Positions 39,308-50,785 of a DNA stretch of 64,000 nt are shown here, one piece after another. A program made the position numbers and the translations under genes. The first letter of the stretch is position 1. Each line of letters starts with the position of its first letter. Where the stretch lies: positions 62,001 to 126,000 of the forward strand of contig ADNK01001197.1 of the NCBI GenBank assembly GCA_000320545.1. Reading direction: 5' to 3'. This DNA comes from Bigelowiella natans CCMP2755. Its lineage: Eukaryota > Protista > Cercozoa. Below the pieces are notes generated by a model that worked only from the letters and a program-made list of their open reading frames with translations, was not told the DNA's origin and ran no database searches.

Positions 39308-40138
39308 CTATATGTTCACAGAAGGCCTACCCAGGATCACATTCATCGGACTTTCATCATAACCATCTGAGAGGTGGGCAAAGCGAATGAAAGGAAACAA
39401 AATAATAAGAAAACAAAAGTTTAGAGTTTAACAATTGTACGATGGCTAATTTTATAGAGACGAAATCAAAATTCTACCGGGACATGAATGTGTGTTGCAC
39501 ATCCTTTTAGAGATTCCTTCACACGGAGCTCCAGAATTTATCATACTTAAACACATTCGAGTCTGGAATCCTCCTACAGATATTCCAGAGAAAAGGCAAT
39601 TTAAGACCAAGAAGCCTCGTACAGAGTCACTGATGCACATCCTACCTCCGCAAATGGCTGAGCATTCAGACCACTTTGACCATCCTGTGACCCTGTGACA
39701 AGCTATATCGTTGCATCGTATCCGCCAAGGGCCGAAACATTGAGCTTTGTCGGAAAGGAGGCACTCACGAACCCGAACCTAGGATGATGAGCATACGCTT
39801 TGTTTCTATCTCAAGATGTTGAAATACTGTGCTATATTTACCCCCCCGTCACAAGATGCGCTGCATCTGCTCCACGGACCCCATTGATTCTGAAATCGTT
39901 CAGTCAAACGGTATTAGGTATTTGCACTGCTATATCTCAATCAAAACAGATGTTAAGTACACTCATGATTCCCGCTTTCGCTCTTAGGATAACAGATTGA
40001 GGTTCAACAAAGTCCAAAATGATGCATCCGGATGAATGGCGCAAAACTGGATCTTTTAGAAGTTTTAGAAGATCTATGGCGAGCTCGAGCGGTTTCCTTC
40101 TTTACACACAAGCATACCATACACAGTGAGGTATATAA

Positions 40139-40173
<35 letters not shown>

Positions 40174-41300
40174 AAGTATATGTATGTGCGTGCGTGTATG
40201 CGTGGGAATTCCTATACTCTACACTATTAATTTCTTCACTTATTCAAAGCAGAGAGCCATTATAATTGCCATCACCTTCTAGTTGGAGATGGAATATTGG
40301 AGATGGAGAGGGTTACTTGAAAATTTTGCGTCACGTTGGTATTCAGCTTCACTGGAGAGGAAGAGGATGACGAAGAAGATGATGGTGATCGTTGTGGGGA
40401 CGAAGAGGGTTCTACGACCATGCTTACAATAGACAATGGCGCAGTGGATTTCAACCCCAATAGATATGCGATCTTGATGAACAAACCATACAGTACGTTA
40501 GTGTATGGAATAGAAGTGTGCTGCAGGTCACGTATGTGTTTAATCATACATAGTCATTCAAACGCACAAACTTGTAGATTCAACCTCAGCCAATATCCGA
40601 TTTTGCATGTCTATAATATCTGAGTTTAATTTTGGATAGCACATTAGGCGAGCACGTAAACAATGATTTCTAGCTTCTCTAAAAGAGATCGCTTCCGATA
40701 CAACTCTATAATGGGAGTGATCGCGGCTAACAACAAAATATCTCCCAAAAATCAGAGCAAACCTACTAAATACGTGTACGTACATAAATATAGGGGAAAG
40801 AGAGTGAGGAAAGAAAGAGAGAGAAAGAGAGGGAGGGAGGGAGAGAGAGAGGAGAGAGAGAATATAGAATAGTACAATTTGCCCGTCTAAATAATAGAAT
40901 AAACTGCTTGATCAGCATTATGAATGCACTCACTTGTTGGAAATATTCTTTTCTCAGTTGTTGATCGATGAAGATGTTCCATTTGGGTGCTGCTGCTGCC
41001 AGGATTTGGTGGGCCATTATGGTGAATCCTTAGATTAAACGACATCTCGACTGGCTGCTCGTCCTGATGCTGCAATTGTGACTTACTACCATTCGTGATA
41101 CTTGAGACTGTTTTGTTCATCAAAAGTACTTCTGGATCACTCATTCTTGAGGCCTCTTCCGGAACAATTTTCTTTTCGAAATCTATCTGCGTTTTTGGTG
41201 AGTCGGAATGCCTGCTTTGATACACTTTCATAGCCCCCGTGAAGCAAGAAATTGCTAGTATGAAAAGAAGGCGAATGATTCGACACAAATGCTGACTCAT
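39308..41300 (-). CDS. Secreted/surface protein with two C-terminal thrombospondin type-1 (TSP1) repeats; middle exons uncertain
   Basis: Signal-like MSQHLCRIIRLLFILAISCFTGA; QWGPWSRCSASCDGGVRVREC...CNDIAC; GWSKWSECSAICGGGFQTRMC...PCEG...RMCNTHSC. Confidence 0.7.
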
Positions 41301-41799
41301 TGCTGACGGTAGAGTTCGTGAAGTCAACGTTCACTGAAAACGTAGGATACGTGGGCTCACAGCCTCCACCATTTTTCAAAATTTCAAACGAGCAGCCGGC
41401 AAGACAATTGAATTGATTGCAGGCCGTACTGAGCAAGAATTGAAATCTAAGAATGTCGCACGTATAAAAAAGGAAGAACCCTAATGCTTCTTCAGGCCTG
41501 GAAATTTGGAGCTGACGAGGCATTCCATGTTACATTTCCGAATAGTTGTGACCTTTGAACTCAGTCTTTAAATCCTTTAGACTACAACAACATAATATCA
41601 CAATATTGCGGTGATGATGACATAGCGCAAAGTCGCAGTGCTGCTTGCAGCTTTGGTGCCGAAATCACCTCAAGATAGCCGAACCGCAATACAATCTTAA
41701 CCTGAATCAAGTACAACTCAACGGCGACGCTGACCGTGCGATCGATTACGATGATCAGGGGAGGGGGAGGAGATCAAAACTAAGATAATTGAACGCCAA

Positions 41800-43380
41800 A
41801 TGGACGTCATGTTCGAAACCACGCCACGTCGCATTCGCAGTCGACGACAATGTATCTGGAAGGCTCTTCACGTTGCCCTTCTGTACGAATACAAACCAAA
41901 ATTGAAAACTTACTGTTGCTAATTACAACATAAACAACCGCAGGGTTGGTGTTCTAACGTGCCTACGATCTGCAAGTCAAACGTCGGGCGGTTCAAGTCA
42001 GATGAACTATCTGCATGCAAGTCCACAAAAGGGGACAAAAGGAGCATCGATTCGAAGGAGAATTATGCTTTGTGGATTTCCAGCCGTTATCGCTTCAAAG
42101 GCAGTGGGTCGTGACCAGACTGCTCCCAAAGAACAACTTCCTTCGATGAGAAAAGATTTCATTCTTGGACTAACCTCTGGAGCAGGGTAGATCATTAATG
42201 ATCTGTGATATGCGAAGTTTGATATGATAAAATACTGTCAGGGTCTCTATTACGAAGCAGATAGTTCTCTATCCTTTTGATACCGTTCGAACCCGCTTAC
42301 AAGTTAGCACGTCGCGCCGCGAATTATTTAGATCGCTTTATAATACAGGTCAACTTTGCTGTTCGCAATTTTTACAAATAATAACGAGGCTTTTTACAGG
42401 AATCCTACCCCCCCTTGTAACCAGAACACCGGCGTCTGCTTTCTTTTTTGCATGCAAGGTCTGTTGCGAAATAATCGCTAAGAATGTTCCGTTTAACTTA
42501 CCCTCAAACAATATAATCAAGTAGGATGTATTTGAAAGCCAATTTCGCGCGGCAGGTGTAGCACCTTCGACCGCAACGACTCTCGCGGTACCACACACAT
42601 ATCACGAATTAAGCAATAAATTCAAGAGAACTCTTTGGCTAATAAGGTATTTCTGGGACAATTTCCAAAGTGGCTAATACGGGCTCCAGCAGAGAGATTG
42701 AAAACTCGAAGTCAAGCTGCAAATGGTGGCTTATCTGGAGAGATAGAGGAACTTCGGGATGCCGTAGCAGAGCCTAAGTTATTATTCGATGGGTCTGTTG
42801 ATACAAGGAAAAGATGTAATAAATTGAGTAATTTTGTTAAATTCTTAGATACTTTTCCAATGTGGCCTACGCGTTTCCACATGATGCTGTCAAATTTGTG
42901 ACGTACGACGCCCTGAAACGCTCCGTGCTAACTTCGATGCTTCCAACGGTATCCTTCGTGAAAACCTTCATACACAGAGGGAAATTGCCTTCATGTTTAC
43001 CTTAATTTTTATTTAGCCGGTTGCATCTGTCATAGAGGGTGCCATAGCTGGTGCTATATCCGAACTTGTGACAAGCCCACTTGATGTAACGAGGACACGT
43101 GTCATGTCCAAAAAGGCTGATGTTTATCAAGAATACAGCGATCGCCCAACGGAACTCTTCAACAACGTTAAGCGAGTGTAAGGCCAAATTGATTCTTACT
43201 AGCACGGGGTGGAGGACCATTAAGTTTCTTGCATTTTATTGTTTTAGTTATTCAGAAGAAGGGGTGGAGGCTTTGTTCGCAGGAATAACTCCTAAGCTGA
43301 TCAGAGCTTTGATTGGAGGAGCTCTCCAGTTTGCAACTTTGGAACTTGTGAAATCGGAAACGATAAAAGCTCTAAAGTAA
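41800..43380 (+). CDS. Mitochondrial carrier family (SLC25; SAM-carrier-like) protein with N-terminal extension
   Basis: Three Px[DE]xx[KR]x[RK] signatures: YPFDTVRTRLQ, APAERLKTRSQ, SPLDVTRTRVM. Also LFAGITPKLIRALIGGALQF. The hydrophobic N-terminal extension may be a targeting presequence. Confidence 0.85.
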
Positions 43381-44439
43381 GCTACTTGATTGCAGTCTGT
43401 TGGTTATTAGAAAATTAGTGTACCTGCATTAGTTCGATATCCCTGCCCAGCTTCGTCTCTTTAGTTCTCATCATTGTATAAATCGTACAATTTAGTGTCC
43501 GAGTGTAATCCTCTCACAATAAATGCAAAAGAGAAATCTGAAATATCCACCTTATTTCGTTGCTAATGCGCATGCAAGAGCAGTATTTGCAAGCAATAAC
43601 GATAAATGTAGCGAGCGCGTACAGCTAGACAGATGGACGATGCGACTTGAGTATGTCAGATGCTATGACAATGATACTTACAGCTAGTTATCTAGGGAGA
43701 GCTGAGAGCTCTGACTTTGCTGCGTTCTTTTGCTGAGTGAATAGCAGCTTATTATAGCTGCCTGTGTAGCTTCGCTCCACTCTCCTCTTCTAGTCTTATT
43801 TCATGTGCGTTCGTGGCATGCGACAGCTTAGCTAGTTACAGAGTTAGCGTCTATAAGCGCAATGACAAAGCGTATATGCGCCGTCACATTATAATTATTT
43901 TTACAACTAGACTTGTACGTATTATTATAGCGCATGTCCACAGCACTGTATGTATAGCATGTCTAGATGTGCATCAATAACAGCTGTCTACACACCTAGA
44001 CCCTAGACACATGTAGCAATGATCTAATAATGAAATAAATCAAATTTTCATTACATCCGTCATGTGTGCGCCATGGTATGTATTTAACTAGTTATAAGTA
44101 CCACAGTCATCGCAAGGCCATGTTCTCTGCTCGCTGCAAACAATGCATATGGTGATGACCAGCTGCTTGCACATATGTGTGTGTGGTGGGAGTGAGTTCC
44201 TACTATTCGCATACATGCATGCACTAATTCTATAATTCTGCTACATCAAATAGCTAAGCACGCCCGTCAATAAAGCGAATATGCTACTAGCACTTGTGTA
44301 AGTGTACTGGCTACTACCTCACCAAGCATGAAGGAAGGGATTGACTTATTATAGTCGTGATAAACATACACGAAGTACGTTGCATTATCCGACAAATATA
44401 TTCACGTAACAGATCATGTAAATGGATCCCACGTCTGCA

Positions 44440-44939
44440 CTAACCCGGGTACCATTGTTCAGGGAACATCTTCCTCCAGCCTGGGCTCGACCTGTAAAGT
44501 AGAATGTTCTTTTGAGCCAAATCTAATTTTGGTAAAGATTCTGCATTGTACACATAATTTTCCCACTTTAGTATCTATTTAGTCGGAGTGCCCTGTGCAT
44601 CGTACATAACTAGATGTATTCTATTTAGTACCACAAGAATCCCCCCTTTGCTGCCATACCGGCGGAACCACTCTTGATAAATCCATCGGGACCGAACATG
44701 TGCTTTTTGACCTGGTCGAAATATTATAACTTTCATCATATGTATCCAATATTGAGCATGATACAGGGAAAAGAAAAGATGAACCATGGGATATTATAAT
44801 ATTTATATATTTATATATAGATACACACACACGTGCGCGCGCGCGTGTCTCTCTCTGTGTGTGTGTGTGTGTGTGTGTGTTTACCCAGTGCTTGAACCAG
44901 TAAGTTTGAAAGAAGAAATCCCAATATGATGATGATAGA

Positions 44940-44990
<51 letters not shown>

Positions 44991-45593
44991 GCAGACCATA
45001 GCCCTAACGAAGGATGAGATCACGTGTCACTTTTTTATTAATTCGACGCTGGAAATACTAGTATTCAATCATTGCATTAGCTATCGGAACTCCGCTTTAT
45101 TTGTACCATGCTATTCCTATAGGGTTGAGGTGCGTAATTTTAGCTGGCTCGATTTCACTCCAATAGTCTTTCAGCTGTTGAAACTGAATCGGCTCATTAT
45201 CGTCATCAAGCGGACCAGGAGGTGTCTTCTCACGCTTAATGCGTACGGGTATTAATTGGCGAGATCTGTTGCATACACTTCGTAAGATGCTCAAAAAGTT
45301 TAGAGTACCTCAATTTCTAAAGTTCTATTTCAATAGGCTTACTTTCTCATAAGCGTAGAAACAGGTGCAAAGTTTCTGTCACGAATTGGTGCTGAAATTT
45401 GGTTTCTCTTCTCTGCAACCGCCTTGCTACCGCTCCTCATCCTTTCTTCCATACTACGGCGAACAGCAAGGTTGTTTGGACCTCCCGATAAGTATAAGGA
45501 AGATGTCCCTCTTGTAGGTGAGGAAACAACACGAAAAATAAAAAGTGACTGCATCAGCAGTGCTACCCCCCTTTGGGGCACACCGGCCGCCAT
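44440..45593 (-). CDS. Hypothetical protein with N-terminal presequence-like region; the model includes 7-nt and 6-nt microexons
   Basis: Spliced: ...DYWSEIEPAKITHLNPIGIAW-AM-HW-VKKHMFGPDGFIKSGSAGMAAKGGFLWSSPGWRKMFPEQWYPG*. The junctions of this 3' part are GT-AG. No family recognised. Confidence 0.55.
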
Positions 45594-45876
45594 TCCTGCG
45601 GGAAGGAGAAGGGCCCTTTTTGTCCTTTTCGCCCTAGAAAATTATCTTTTCAGATGAAATACAGGGCTTTTCCTATATTCTGCGTGCAAATCTGACTCAC
45701 GCACTGCATTTGACTTGTTCTATTCAGCATTATTTAAGTCGTAGGAGAGAAATGCCATGTTTTTGTTATTATTTAAGTATCGAATTTATACTTCCGAGTG
45801 TCGGACAGCTGTTGGTGCACCTCCTTCTGCAGCTAATTGTCATCAAGTGGAACTCTTTTCCGTCGACTTTCGTGCC

Positions 45877-47072
45877 ATGTTTAGTAAGATGATGTCTATG
45901 CTCACTTTTCGTTTCGTCGCGCATGCGAAGAAGAGCATTCGCGTCGAAGCGCCCCAAGAGGTAGCTGTTAATTAATTCAAAACCAGAAATGCAATGACGC
46001 TTCCGGGGATTAATGTGTTTAAACTTTTAATATGCATACAGGCACAAACGCTAATTAACACCTACACACAAGCTTCCGCCAATCTTTCTACCTTCTCTAA
46101 TACGTCACTCGCACGCTAATATGTAATGCCCTTTATTCAGCATAAACAACTGGAAGCTGGCTCTCACATCGTCGTAGCATTAGATGAATCACATAGGTAA
46201 AGATACTCCACATTTCAGATTCAGAAATATTTATTTCGCTTCCGTCTAGTGATCAAATAATCGAATGGGGTGCCAAAAATGTCTTCGACAAGGCAAAAAA
46301 GGTGATCCTCACAGTTTTATCCAGGACATCGTACTGAATGATATCCGTTCGTGAATTAGATTACATTCCTTCATGCGGTCGAGTATGCTAGCCCAGTGAC
46401 CTTTTCAGCAGTTGACGATGAACTTGATTTTCAAGGAGGGTAGGTTGCAAATAAGCCAAATGATCTTTTGAAACTCTTTCAGGCGGTTGAACATCTCAAC
46501 ACTATGCACTATGATATTTCAGCACTTTAGTGAGAAAAATCTCACAAAAAATGGAAAGAGAAGCAATTGACCGTGGCGAGAGTTTCCTGTTCAAATGCTC
46601 CGAAGTTTCAGGCGATATGGGTGGATGCTCTTTTAAGTACCCCACATCTATCGGTGTAAATTCTTCCTCAGTGCCTTCCTATTGATTTTTGAAGGTTTTT
46701 ATCCTGACGAGCAAAAAGTAGTTGTCGCTTCTAATAATTCAATTAAGTACTCATTGTTGGCTTACCTCGAAAATGAACGTCCAGATCTAGTTGTGTGTGG
46801 CAGTCGAGGTTGTGGAAAGAAATAGTATTGAGCAAGGGCTTTCCTTTTGTTTGTTTTCTTTCGTTGAACATCAAAAACTAATCAAGAATCGTTTCACGTC
46901 TTATGTAGGTCTTGGAATTGCAGGCAGGACAGTGCTTGGCTCCGTAGCGGATTCTCTGGTTCACAATGCAGGTTGTACGGTTGTAGTTGTGAAGAATGAT
47001 CATCGACATCGCAATGTACGGCAAACTAGCAATTTTGGCAAGGAGAGTGCGTCAAAAAAGGCTACAGGTTGA
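45877..47072 (+). CDS. Universal stress protein (UspA domain); multi-exon
   Basis: HIVVALDES...ITFLHAV...DLVVCGSRGLG...VLGSVADSLVHNAGCTVVVVK. Confidence 0.88.
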
Positions 47073-48055
47073 TATGCATAGACACAGAATTTGATGCATG
47101 TGCAAAGTGTACGTATATGCTAATAGGCTAGCATGTACATTACATATCATATGCGAAACAATCATAACGTATACATTGAAATATTTGAAAGGGTGAAGCC
47201 ACCGTACGTGGTTTGCCGGACTCCCTAGCTCTGATCGATGAGATGAACAATATCTCACTATATCACACCATGCACAACATCTCGCCACATGGACTGTATA
47301 TAGACATGTCTAGATGTGTAGGCCCTGCCCTGTGCCAAAGTTTGCATTGTATTGTTGCATGCATATATAAATAAATGATCATCGCAAGATCCATGCAAGA
47401 CTAGCATAGTTATAGTAGAGATTTTCACATTGCCACATAGCATGTCTAGCGATGTGGCATGCTGCACTTGTTGCTTCACGCATGGCTGCCTTGCATGATC
47501 CGTCTAGACGTGCGGCGTGAGTGTTGTCGCCTGCTTTGGCTATTGCTGTGCTGCACAGCTAGCTACGACGCGTAATAAGCGACCGCATCTGACGACGACG
47601 CACAAACAAGCTGACAATGAGTACTGTGGAGTAATAGAGTATACTAGTCAGAAGTATAGTAGCAGATGCTGTTGCTATCTGCACGCGTGTATAGTATACA
47701 TACTTATCTAGATACTAGATACTTGTTAGATACACGTGCCGTCCTTGCCTCGATACGTATGTGCGTCGTCGGCAGCGTGACACTATTCATTGGCACAGGA
47801 TGTACTACTGACTAGTCAAGTGCAGTATACATGCCAGCATGCATTGCGTACGCCCATTGGCACTTTCGAAGATTCACAGTCTACGCTGTACAGCATACGC
47901 GGCAGGTGATGCACATGAAATAAAAGAAATGACAAGGAATTGTCCTATTAGGCCGACGTTGTGCGGGCCGTGCTTGCCATGAGATGGAATGGTAATGACA
48001 AGTACCGCAGTAACACTCATGGATAGCATGTCAGATTACGAGACCACTTTCCATA

Positions 48056-49978
48056 TCATTCGAATTCGAAACTCTTTTCACAGACCATCCATGTCGATGT
48101 CCCAATCTGAAGAAACCAATGATCAAAACTCTCAATGCTTGAGTTTGTATCTTGATTACCTTATGAACTTTCGCATTTGTGAAATATCCAGCTTTATTCC
48201 ATTTCTGCATCTGAGTAGCAGTGAATCCCGTGTATACCTATGAAAACAAAACTTCATTTTACATCCATTGTCAAAACAGCTCCTTGTTACCTTCTCCTCT
48301 CCATTGAATCTATACCTGGTATGGAGAAAACGTGAATTCCAAATTTCAGATCAATAAAATTAGAATTGACTTACTCCCATTCCTTTGCATCTGTCTTTTT
48401 TGCGGCTTTCGCTTTTGCTCTCTTGACAAATGCCGTCAGATTTTCATATCTATCCTGATGTAATCACCGGGTCTTTGAATAAACATTCGAATAAGCATTC
48501 ACACAATATTCTACACCTGGTAGACGTTGTGATGTCCCATGCTCATCAGCTCATTGGCCGCACTTGTTAGCTCTTCCAAAGCTGCACGTCGCTTCGATTC
48601 TTCCTGAAAATCGCAGGATGGTTACTTATGGATAGAGAAAACATGAAGTTGCTTGAGTAAGTTGTATACTACCTCAGAAGCCGTAACTTTTTTGGCACCC
48701 CCACTGGCATCCATGTCAGCCTACGGTGACCCATATTTGCGGAGAATTAAGACGAACATAATATACATAGATACTATATATGATATTAGTCACATACCTT
48801 TTGTTTCTCAGATTTTGTCATATCGGATTCACTAGATTTCTCTACTTTCATTTCTCCGGTATCAAGCGGGGTTGGATCTGAACTTCGACGTCGATCGCTC
48901 GCACCATCCGCACTCAATATTGTGATTTTCCTTTTTTTGTTTTTCATCCATGGTTTCACCTTTTTTCCTGGTTTATTTCCTGGTTTTCGCTTACCTGGAG
49001 AAAGGGTAGTTAGCAGACATGCCTGCCTTGCTATACACGAGTCTAATTCCAACCTAAGCGTTTTATAGCTGCGATTACAGACTCCTGAGGCTCGACATAC
49101 TTCAGCAGAACTTCACGAAGGGATAACTCGTCCTTTGTTTCCTCCTAAAAGTAGAAGTATAACATATTATTGGGGAATGATAATTGGAAAAGAACGACCA
49201 CCTTTTTTTCGACATCTTCCACCTTCGGTGCTTGATAATTTTTGTTCTCTTTTTGTTCCTACAAAGGGCAAGGGCATGCGAGTTCATACCGTTTGATCAC
49301 TATGGATTTGTGATCACATAATTTTACCTTCCATTGCTGGTACCATGGATCATTTTCTCCATCGCCTCGTTCAATGTATCTGCGAAATGTGGTTCGTAGT
49401 AGATGTATATATTGCGATTCTAGAATCAGCCAATGGATTCAATACCTTCCGTCCCCATTGAAGAACCCATCCATCCTGAAAGGCTCGATTGTTACACCAT
49501 CCTCTTTCTTAGCTTCACTTTCGGTATCATAATGGCCCTACGATTATGAAATCAGAGAATACATTGGAAAGAAATAGGAATTGGTGGGTGGACCTCGAGA
49601 TCCTGTTCATCATCCTCGGCAGCATCCAAATTTATCCCTTTTTAATCATTACTTAGTATCCACTCAGATCGAAGCATAATTTAAGGCATCATGTGCGAGT
49701 GCCACCTTGATTCTTCAGACGCGCGCTGATTTCTTCTCGCTGTCGCTTCTTTCTGCGTTCCTTTCGCTTTAAAACTTCTTCATTATCTAAAATCCCTGTT
49801 TCTCCTTTCACATCAGCTTGTCATACCACAAACAAATTTCATAATGTTATTGAAAAGTATATTATAATGTATTTCTGATCAGGATGTTAACGCAATTACT
49901 TCCGTCGGAAATCTTACCGTCATTTGAATTTGGGAAGCGTGGCTGGGGTTCCTTAAATTGAACTTCTTTCTTGCTCAT
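48056..49978 (-). CDS. CD2BP2: CD2BP2/U5-52K/Lin1-like U5 snRNP protein with C-terminal GYF domain; many exons
   Basis: EDGVTIEPFRMDGFFNGDG, EPQESVIAAIKRL, LTSAANELMSMGHHNVY, EW.YRF...YTGFTATQMQKWNKAGYF. Confidence 0.75.
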
Positions 49979-50785
49979 GGCTGTGTCACTATGATGGCGA
50001 GGAGGATTGAAGGTGGGGCTTGGGATTAAGGTTGCTTTTTTCTTCAAGTTCTGTTGCAATGATCAAAGGTCAACGTGGAATGAAAATTGCGAGGAAGACT
50101 TGGCAGTCCATTTTCCATCAAGAGACAGAATGGATGTTGTCGCAGTTCAAAAATTCAAATATCTTCACGGACACCATTCTTTCCTTCTTCGAAAGTTCCG
50201 CGGTGCGCTTCAAGTCCGCTCACCACCGCACACACATTTGTCTCATTATTGTTATCCTGGTGGCATCATTCTCCAACAGGCAAACGCACGAGATACTGCA
50301 GAGTGCATAGATCTACGAGCAGCTACGAGTATCTCGTGAACCTATTCGTAGGCCTTGCCAGGAAGATCAGAGTGTTCGACGAATTTGATCATATTTCCGA
50401 AACGAGAGTTCATCAGAGTTTTGAAATTCGTACCCGGCGATTTCTGCGGAGTTGGAATATTCAGCAGCCGGAATCCCGTTGTAACCTTACTTATTAATTC
50501 CAAATCTCCTGCAAATGCATCGTGAAAAGAAGAGAGAAAATGTCAGATACAAATATACTTCAGGTAAGGCAATTTAATATCAAAATAAAGGGGATAATGA
50601 ATGTCATCATTTATAAACAATGGAAAATATTGCGAATGCCAAATTCAGAATTACCAAACAAGAATTAGAAAATCTTACATTTTTAACCCCATTTAATGTT
50701 TATGCAACCCAAGAAATTTATTGCTCTTGGTTGTAAATCCTATTTTAGAAAAGACGACACAAAAAAATCATAGTCGTAATAATAT

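Noticed and set aside
40766-41017. ORF MAHQ...WNIFIDQQLRKEYFQQ resembles a uracil-DNA glycosylase N-terminus
   Set aside because: No GQDPY or HPSP motifs follow. It is an alternative frame of the TSP1 protein exon.
44891-45105. Apparent non-canonical introns suggested by coding-looking YFQRRINKK and WDFFFQTYW segments
   Set aside because: A fully GT-AG model with two microexons explains the frame.
50007-50497. Three overlapping short ORFs between CD2BP2 and PRORP
   Set aside because: No recognisable motif or splice structure. Treated as promoter/UTR sequence.
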